From NCBI GenBank assembly GCA_964608075.1, contig CAZSMG010000001.1:8814-72813 (forward strand): a DNA stretch of 64,000 nt. Reading direction: 5' to 3'. This DNA is from an uncultured Clostridium sp. Its GTDB lineage: Bacteria; Bacillota; Clostridia; TANB77; CAG-508. The notes beneath the pieces are model-generated. The model did not search any database. It was not told where the DNA came from and was given only the letters and a program-made list of their open reading frames with translations. Every line of letters starts with the position of its first letter. The stretch's first letter is position 1. The translations under genes were made by a program, and so were the position numbers. Below, one piece after another: positions 51,385 through 61,100 of this stretch.

Positions 51385-51756
51385 ATGAACATAAAAGATA
51401 AAAAAATAAAAATAGATGTTAGAAAAATTGCAATAATTGTATTAATATTAATAATTATAGTTTGCATAATAATTATATGTAAACCTCAAAAAATAATAAC
51501 GCCAGCAGGTATCGAAGTTGTAAACACAGGAGTAAGAGAAGATACAGAGATCTCAGAAAAAAATGCAAAAAAAGTAGCAGTAAAACAATTCAAAAAGTTA
51601 GGTGAAAAATCAGTAAAAGAAAAAGAAGTAACAATTTTAAAAATAAAAAGGGAAGACGAATATTATTATTATTTGACGTCAAAGCAAAATACAATGGAAA
51701 TTAAAATATTAGGAGGAAAAGTAACCAGAATAAATAGTGCAACAATAACAGAGTAA
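51385..51756 (+). CDS. small membrane-anchored protein
   Basis: ATG after AAGGGAG. N-terminal TM helix IAIIVLILIIIVCIIIIC. Confidence 0.55.
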   Translation: MNIKDKKIKIDVRKIAIIVLILIIIVCIIIICKPQKIITPAGIEVVNTGVREDTEISEKNAKKVAVKQFKKLGEKSVKEKEVTILKIKREDEYYYYLTSKQNTMEIKILGGKVTRINSATITE

Positions 51757-51776
51757 ATTACAAAGTGTAAATAAAA

Positions 51777-51834
51777 AATAGCAAAGTTAAAAAATATATA
51801 GAAATACTATATATTCTAACTTTGCTATTTTTTT
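51777..51834 (+). terminator. rho-independent terminator
   Basis: 13-bp stem AATAGCAAAGTTA / TAACTTTGCTATT followed by a T-run. Confidence 0.7.
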
Positions 51835-51918
51835 GTGCATTATAAAAAAATAAGATAAATATAACGAAATATTAAGTAGAATAAATAGTTGAAATCCCTA
51901 AGAAAAGACAAAAAAATA

Positions 51919-51974
51919 TACTATTTTGTAATCTAAATGTACTATTTTGTAACTTAAAAAATACTAAAATGTAA
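51919..51974. promoter_or_regulatory. three 13-bp direct repeats with 21-22 bp spacing upstream of the giant gene
   Basis: TACTATTTTGTAA at 51919 and 51940, and TACTAAAATGTAA at 51962. Confidence 0.45.
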
Positions 51975-52161
51975 AAAATAGTAATAAAAAGTATATATAT
52001 TATATTTGCGTAAGTATAAAAGCTATATATAGTACTAATTGTAATAGATAGAGCTATTGAATAAAAATACAGATATAGTAAAATTAAGCTAAATTAAACA
52101 TTTTTATAAAATATATAATTTATATATATTATAAATAAAAAACACTAAGGAGTGAAAGTAA

Positions 52162-55100
52162 ATGAAGATTAGCACAAAGCTAAAAAGAAAACTAAATAGG
52201 AGAATAGCAAGTATAGTAGTTTTTACTACAGTAACATTAGTTACGACAGCTGGATACAAATATATTAGTACTATACAAGGCAAAGAAAAATTATCAGATG
52301 CTCAGCCAATAAGCACATATGCTAATTCATCATCTAGCATAAAAGTGGTAGGAGGAAATAACCACTTTATGATGCTAACTGCAGATGGAAAAGTATATGG
52401 ATGGGGTTACAATGGATATGGTCAGCTAGCTCAAGGAAATACAACATCTTGTAAAATGCCAACATATATGGGATTAGATAATGTAGTAGATATAGCTGCG
52501 GGCACTCATTTTAACTTAGCTTTAAAAAGCGATGGAACAGTTTGGGCTGTTGGGTATAATGGAAATGGTGAATTAGGAATAAAAGATACTGCTCAACAAA
52601 ATAACTGGGTTCAAGTAAAATCTTCAGATGGAAATGATTATTTAAGAGATATAAAGGAAATAGTAGCAAGTGTTAATACATCTTATGCTATTACAAATAA
52701 TGGCGAACTATATGTATGGGGTTACAATGGATATGGTCAAATGGGAACAGGAGATACAGCTGGAAAAGTACTACCATATAAAACTTCACTTACTGGTGTA
52801 AAACAAGTATCAACTGGAGAAAACTATACATTAGTGCTTACAGAAGAGGATAAAGTTTATGTATCAGGACGTAATAGCGAAGGACAATTAGGTATAGGAC
52901 GCACTGGAGATATAAATAAATGGGAGATAATGAAAGCTCAAGATAAAACAACAGATTTAAGCAATGTAAAACAAATATCAGCAGGAAAATTTACAACATT
53001 AGTGTTAACAAATGATGGAAAAGTTTATTCAACAGGATCTAACAATAATTATCAATTAGCAGATGAAACAACAACTACAAGAAATTATCTTGCTCCAATG
53101 ACAAAAATAGATGGAAGTGATATGACAAATGCAAAATATGTTTATACACAAGCATATAATTCATTTGTTATTACAAACGATAACGAGTTATATTCAGTAG
53201 GATATAATAATTATGGACAATTAGGAATAGAAAATAATACAACACAAAAAAGATTAGTAAAAACAAAATATAATGCTGTAGATGTTGTTACTACAAGAAG
53301 TGAAAGCTATCAAACAACAGCATTTATAGATAGTATTGGAAGAATATATACAGTAGGATATAGTAGTGAAAATTACGAATTAGGTAATGGAAGTGCTATA
53401 AGTTCACCTGAATATAAACCATATAGTATAAGTGACTATAAGATATTAGTAGATAATCCTATAGTTAATCTTTGTGTGGGAAAATCACAATCTATAACAG
53501 CAAATGTATCAACAGGAATTAATAAATTAGATAATACTTTTTCTTCAAACTTTACATATAAATCATTAGACACAAGTGTTGCCACAACAAGTGGTAATAC
53601 TATAGTTGCAGTGGGAAATGGTACAACATATATAAGAATATCAGATGATACAAACAAAATATATGGAAGTGTAAAAGTAAATGTAATTGAAGAAGGAGAT
53701 ATAGCATATCCAAAAGTAGTAGGAGGAAGGAATCATTTTGTAGCATTAAAATCAGATGGAACAGTATGGACATGGGGATTAAATGACAATGGACAATTAG
53801 GATTAGGAGATAATGAAAATAGAAATAAACCTATAAAAACAAATATTAAAGATGTAATAGATATAGCAGCAGGAGATAATTTTACAGCAGTTTTAAAATC
53901 AAATGGAACAATATTTATGACAGGAATAAATGATAATGGACAATTAGGACAAGGAAATACTGAAAGAAAAAATAAATTTATACAAGTTCCAAATATAAAT
54001 AATGTTGTAGCAATAACAGCGGAAGATAGTACCATGTTTGCATTAAAATCAGATGGAAAAGTATATGGATGGGGTTACAATGGATATGGACAATTAGGAC
54101 AAGGAAATACAGAAAGTATAAGAAGTGTACCACAAAATCCAATGTATAAAATTTCTAATGTTATGCAATTTTCTGCAAATTATCAAAGTATAGTTATGGT
54201 AGCAGCGGATGGAACAGTATGGGGAGTAGGACATAATGGAAATGGACAATTTGGAATAAATAAAACAAGTACTGAGAGTATTCCTGTACAAATGAAAAAT
54301 GCAGAAGGAACAGATATAATAAAAGGAATTAAAGAGGTAAGTTGTGGAAGAAATTATACTTCTTTAATCACAGATGAAGGATTAGCATATAGTACAGGAT
54401 ATAATGGTTATGGACAATTAGCAACTGGTGATGAAACACAAAGAACTTTGCCAGTTCAAATGTTAGAAGAAACAAGTAATAGTGTATTAAATAATGTAAA
54501 ACATATATGTGCATCAGGAAATGCTACAATTGCTATAAAAAATGATAATACATTGTATAGTACAGGTTATGCAAATCAAGGACAAATTTTTACAGAAAAT
54601 AAAATAAATGCAAATAAATTTAAAAAAGTACAACAAGATAAAAAGATAGTTTTGATGGCACTTACTAAGAATGAAGGTAATCAAACAGGATTAATTGTAG
54701 ATCAAAAAGGTAAGATATATATAGTAGGAAAAAATGACAATGGACAAATAGGAAATGGAACAACAGAAGATACAATACTACCATATTGTATAAATGATTT
54801 TAAATTAAAACTAAATGAAAATGTTATAAATTTTAAAAATGCAGGAGAAACAAGTCAGTTAACATATGATGCACAAATGGAATTTAACCTTTTAACAGAT
54901 AAAATAACTGTTGAAACTTGTGAATTTAAATCACTAGATGAAAGTATAGCAACAGTAAATGGAAATGGATTAATAACAGCCAAAGGAATAGGAACAACAT
55001 ATGTAAGAGTACATGATATTAAAAATAATTTATATGCAGCAGTAAAAGTAAATGTAAATGGAAAAGAAGGACAAGTACAACCAAAAGTAGTAGGAGGACA

Positions 55101-58100
55101 AAACCATTTTGTAGCACTAAAATCAGATGGAACAGTATGGACGTGGGGATATAATGAAAATGGACAATTAGGAATAGGAAATAAAACTAATCAATTAGAA
55201 CCACAAAGAGCAAAAATTGTTGTTAGAACAGAAACACACGAAGAAGAGATAAATGGAGAAATAAAACAAGTAGTAACAGAAATAACAGAAGATGTAACAG
55301 ATGTAGAAGATATAGCAGCAGGAGCACAGTTTACATTAATATTAAAAAGAGATGGAACAGTATGGAGTGCAGGAGCAAATGGCAGTGGACAATTAGGAGA
55401 TGGAACAAAAACAGCAACAACAACATTCCACCAAGTAAAACTAAATAATCAAGGAGAATATCTAGAAAATATAGTACAAATAACAGCAGGAAATGAAACA
55501 TCATATGCATTAACAAAAGATGGAGAAGTATATTCATGGGGATATAATGGAAGTAATCAATTTGGGGCACAAGGAAATTATGACCCAAAATACCCAGTAA
55601 AAATGTTAAAAGTAAACAATATAATCCAAATATCAGGAGAAGAATATCATTTAGTAATGTTAGATGCAGATGGAAGTGTATGGACAACAGGATCTAATGA
55701 AAATAGCAGACGTGGAAAAATAACAGGAAATACAGCATTACCACAAAAACTATTAGCAGAAGATGGAGAAAATGTATTATATGGAGTAAAAGAAGTAGAA
55801 GCAGGAAAAAGATATACGGTAATACTAAAAGAAGATGGAACAGTATGGAGTGTAGGATACAATGGATATGGACAATTTGGAACAGGAAATACAGATGGTA
55901 AAGATATAATACAACAAGCAAAAATACTTATCAGACAAGAAACACACCAAGAAGAAGTAAATGGTAAACTAACAGATGTAGTAACAGATATTACAGAACC
56001 TATAAAAGATGGAAAACACATATATGTAGGAGGAAATACAATATATGTAACAAGAAATAGTGCAGAAGATGGAAAAACAGCAGGAATGTATACAATAGGA
56101 AAAAATCAGTACGGGCAATTATTTACAAAAGATACAAAAGATAGATATTATGCAACAAAAGTAGAAACAGACAAAAATATATTAACAGCAGCATTAACAT
56201 CAGGTTATGAATATTATGGTAGTGCAGTAGAAGGAACAGGGCTAATAGTAGACCAAGACGGAAAAGTATATACAGTAGGAAAAAATGACAATGGACAAAT
56301 AGGAAATGGAACAACAGAAGATACAATACTACCATATTGTATAAATGATCTTAAGTTAAAATTAAATGCAAATGTTATAAATTTCCAAAATGCAGGAGAA
56401 ACAAGTCAATTAACATACGATACAGAAATGGGATTTAATCTTTTAACAGATAAAATAAATGCTGGAGTTTGTGAATTTAAATCATTAGATGAAAGTGTAG
56501 CAATAGTAGATGGAAATGGAGTAATAACAGCACAAGGAATAGGGACAACATATGTAAAATTACATGATACTACAAATAACTTATATACAGCAGTAAAAGT
56601 AAATGTAAATGGAAAAGTAGGACAAGTGCAACCCAAAGTAGTAGCAGGAAACAATCATTTTGTAGCATTAAAATCAGATGGAACAGTATGGACATGGGGT
56701 TATAATAATTATGGACAATTAGGGCTTGGAGACAATGAAAAAAGAGATAAACCTACTAAAACTAGTATGAAAAATGTAATAGATATAGCAGCAGGAGCAC
56801 ATTTTACATTAATATTAAAAAAAGATGGAACAGTATGGGCAGTAGGACATAATGCAAGTGGACAATTAGGAGATGGAACAGGAACATCAACAACAACATT
56901 CCACAAAGTAAAATTAAATGATCAAGGAGAATATCTAGAAAATATAGTACAAATAACAGCAGAAGAAGCTACCTCACATGCATTAACAGCAAATGGAGAA
57001 GTATATTCATGGGGACATAACTGGTATCATGAATATGGAGCACAATATAGTCAATATGGTTCATACTATCCAATAAAAATGAAAAAAGTAAATAATATAA
57101 TACAAATATCAGGAGGACAATATCATTTAGTAATGCTAGATGCAGATGGAAGTGTATGGACAACAGGATTAGGAGATAATGGTAGACGCGGAAAAATAAC
57201 AGGTAAAACAGATTTACCACAAAAATTATTAGCAGAAGATGGAGAAAGTGTATTATATGGAGTAAAAGAAGTAGCAGCAGGAGACGCACATACAGCAGTC
57301 TTAAAAGAAGATGGAACAGTATGGACAGTAGGATATAATGGAAATGGACAATTTGGAACAGGAAATACAGATGGAAAAGATATAATACAACAAGCAAAAA
57401 TACTTATTAAACAAGAAGAAGTAGATGGTAAATTAACAGATATTACAGAACCTGTAACAGATGGAAAACATATACAAGCAAAAGGACATACAACATGTAT
57501 AACAAGAAATAATACAGAAGATGAAAAAATAGTAGGAATGTATGTAATGGGAAAAAATAATTGGGGACAATTATTTACAAAAGATAAGGCAAATAGAGTA
57601 TATGCAACAGAAGTAGAGACAGATAAAAATATACTAACAATAGTATTAACAAGAAATAATGAGAATCAAACAGGACTAATAGTAGATGGTGATGGAAAAG
57701 TATATACTTGTGGATATAATGGATATGGAGAAATAGGAAATGGAACAACAGAAAATTTAACAATACCATGGTGTATAAGTGATCTTAAGTTAAAATTAAA
57801 TGCAAATGTTATAAATTTCCAAAATGCAGGAGAAACAAGTAAGTTAGAATATAACTTAGAAATGGGATTTAATCTTTTATATGATAAATTAGATGTAAAA
57901 ACATATGAATTTAAATCATTAGACGAAAGCATAGCAACAGTAGATGAAAGTGGATTAGTAACAGCAAAAGGAATAGGAACAACATATGTAAAATTACATG
58001 ATACTACAAATGATTTATATGTAGCAGTAAAAGTAAATGTAAATGGAGAAGTAGGAGAAGTAGGGCCAAAAGTAGTAGCAGGGCAGCACCACTTTGTAGC

Positions 58101-61100
58101 ATTAAAATCAGATGGAACAGTATGGACATGGGGTTATAATAATTATGGACAATTAGGAATAGGAAATAAAACTAATCAATTAGAACCACAAAGAGCAAAA
58201 ATGGTTGTCGGAACGGAAACGCATGAAGAAGAAGTAGATGGTAAAATACAACAAGTAGTAACAGAAATAACAGAAGATGTAACAGATGTAATAGATATAG
58301 CAGCAGGAGCACATTTTACATTAATATTAAAAAAAGATGGAACAGTATGGGCAGTAGGACATAATGCAAGTGGACAATTAGGAGATGGAACAGGAACATC
58401 AACAACAACATTCCACAAAGTAAAATTAAATGATCAAGGAGAATATCTAGAAAATATAGTACAAATAACAGCAGAAGAAGCTACCTCACATGCATTAACA
58501 GCAAATGGAGAAGTATATTCATGGGGACATAACTGGTATCATGAATATGGAGCACAATATAGTCAATATGGTTCATACTATCCAATAAAAATGAAAAAAG
58601 TAAATAATATAATACAAATATCAGGAGGACAATATCATTTAGTAATGCTAGATGCAGATGGAAGTGTATGGACAACAGGATTAGGAGATAATGGTAGACG
58701 CGGAAAAATAACAGGTAAAACAGATTTACCACAAAAATTATTAGCAGAAGATGGAGAAAGTGTATTATATGGAGTAAAAGAAGTAGCAGCAGGAGACGCA
58801 CATACAGCAGTCTTAAAAGAAGATGGAACAGTATGGACAGTAGGATATAATGGAAATGGACAATTTGGAACAGGAAATACAGATGGAAAAGATATAATAC
58901 AACAAGCAAAAATACTTATTAAACAAGAAGAAGTAGATGGTAAATTAACAGATATTACAGAACCTGTAACAGATGGAAAACATATACAAGCAAAAGGACA
59001 TACAACATGTATAACAAGAAATAATACAGAAGATGAAAAAATAGTAGGAATGTATGTAATGGGAAAAAATAATTGGGGACAATTATTTACAAAAGATAAG
59101 GCAAATAGATTATATGCAACAGAAGTAGAAACAGATAAAAATATATTAACAGCAATATTAACAAGAGATTCTGAAGCGCAAACAGGGCTAATAGTAGACC
59201 AAGACGGAAAAGTATATACTTGTGGATATAATGGATATGGAGAAATAGGAAATGGTACAACAGAAAATAGTGTTAATCCATGTTGTATTAGTAAAATAAA
59301 AATTAAAACAAATCCAACTATTATAAATTATAAAAATATTGGTGATAATGATAGTAAAATTACTTGTAATCTTACTATGGAATTTAACTTGTTAAAAGAT
59401 TCTATAGAAGGAAAAACCTACGAATTTTCATCAATAGATGAAGATATTGCTATTGTATCAAATGATGGAGTTGTTACAGCTACAGGTATTGGAAGTACTT
59501 ATATTAAAATTCATAATATAGAAGAAGATGTCTGGTCAGCTGTAAAGGTAAATGTTAATGGACCTCAAGGTATATCTCAACCTAAAATAGTAGGAGGAAA
59601 TAACCATTTTGTAGCACTAAAATCAGATGGAACAGTATGGACATGGGGATTAAATAATAATGGACAATTAGGAATAGGAAATAAAGTAAATCAGTTAGAA
59701 CCACAAAGAGCAAAAATGGTTGTAAAAGCAGAAACACACGAAGAAGAAGTAGATGGAGAAATAAAGCAAGTAGTAACAGAAATAACAGAAGATATAACAG
59801 ACGTAGAAGATATAGCGGCAGGAGATAACTTTACATTAATATTAAAAAAAGATGGAACAGTATGGGCTGCAGGATTAAATGAACATGGACAATTAGGAGA
59901 TGGAACAACAAAGTCAACAACAACATTCCACCAAGTAAAATTAAATGATAAAGGAGAATATTTACAAAATATAGCACAAATCACAGCAGAGGGAAATACA
60001 TCACATGCACTAACAAAAAATAGAGAAGTATATTCATGGGGATATAATGGGGATAATCAATTTGGAGCACAAGGAGATTATAACGCAAAATATCCAACAA
60101 AAATGTCAAAAGTAAGCAATATAATACAAATATCAGGAGGACAATATCATCTAGTAATGTTAGATGCAGATGGAAGTGTATGGACAACAGGATCTAATGG
60201 AAATAGCAGACGTGGAAAAATAAAAGGAAATGCAGTATTACCACAAAAACTATTAGCAGAAGATGGAGAAAGTGTATTATATGGAGTAAAAGAAGTAGCT
60301 GCAGGAGATGCACATACAGTAGTATTAAAAGAAGATGGAAGTGTATGGACAATAGGATATAATGGATATGGACAATTAGGAATAGGAAATACAGAAGGTA
60401 AGGATGTAATACAACAAGCAAAAATCGTTATAAAACAAGACGAAAATTCAACAAAAGAAACAGAAAATATAGAATTTATAAAAGATGCAAAACATATACA
60501 AGCAGCAGGTCATGCAACAATTATAACAAGAAATAAAACAACAGGTATATATATAATGGGTTATAATAATACAGGTTCATTATTTACTAAAGACAATACT
60601 ATAAGATTATATGCAACAGAGACAGAAACTAATAGAGATATATTAAATGTAGCATTAACAAGGGCATGGAATACTCAAACAGGAGCAATTGTAGATACAG
60701 ATGGAAGAGTATATACTTGTGGATATAATGTAAATGGAGAAATAGGAAATGGTACTACAGAATCTTTATTAAATCCAGTTTGTATAAGCAAAGTAAAACT
60801 AAATGTTACACCAAGAGTAATTAATTATAAAGTTGAAGGTGAAACTGGTAAAAAAATTACTTATAATAATACTTCAGGATTTAACTTACTATATAATAAT
60901 GAAGAACAAGTAGAATGTAAGTTTAAATCTATGGATGAAGATATTGCAACTGTGTCAGATGATGGAATTGTTACTGCTACAGGTATTGGTATAACGAATA
61001 TAAAAGTATTTAATGAAGAAAAAGATCTTTATTCATCAGTAAGAGTTAAAGTAAATGGTGACCAAGGTTTAACTCATCCTAAATTAGTTGGAGGTGCAAA

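Noticed and set aside
50936-52161. c-di-GMP or other riboswitch upstream of the surface-protein genes.
   Set aside because: I looked for conserved GC-rich cores and found none. Only generic hairpins are present.
44325-60421. Many minus-strand ORFs inside the giant genes (for example 46437..46697, 47484..47744, 55331..55687, 56969..57397, 58481..58909, 60194..60421).
   Set aside because: They are Leu/Phe-rich low-complexity translations antisense to GAA/AAA/ACA-rich coding sequence. They have no RBS and duplicate only because the sense repeats duplicate.
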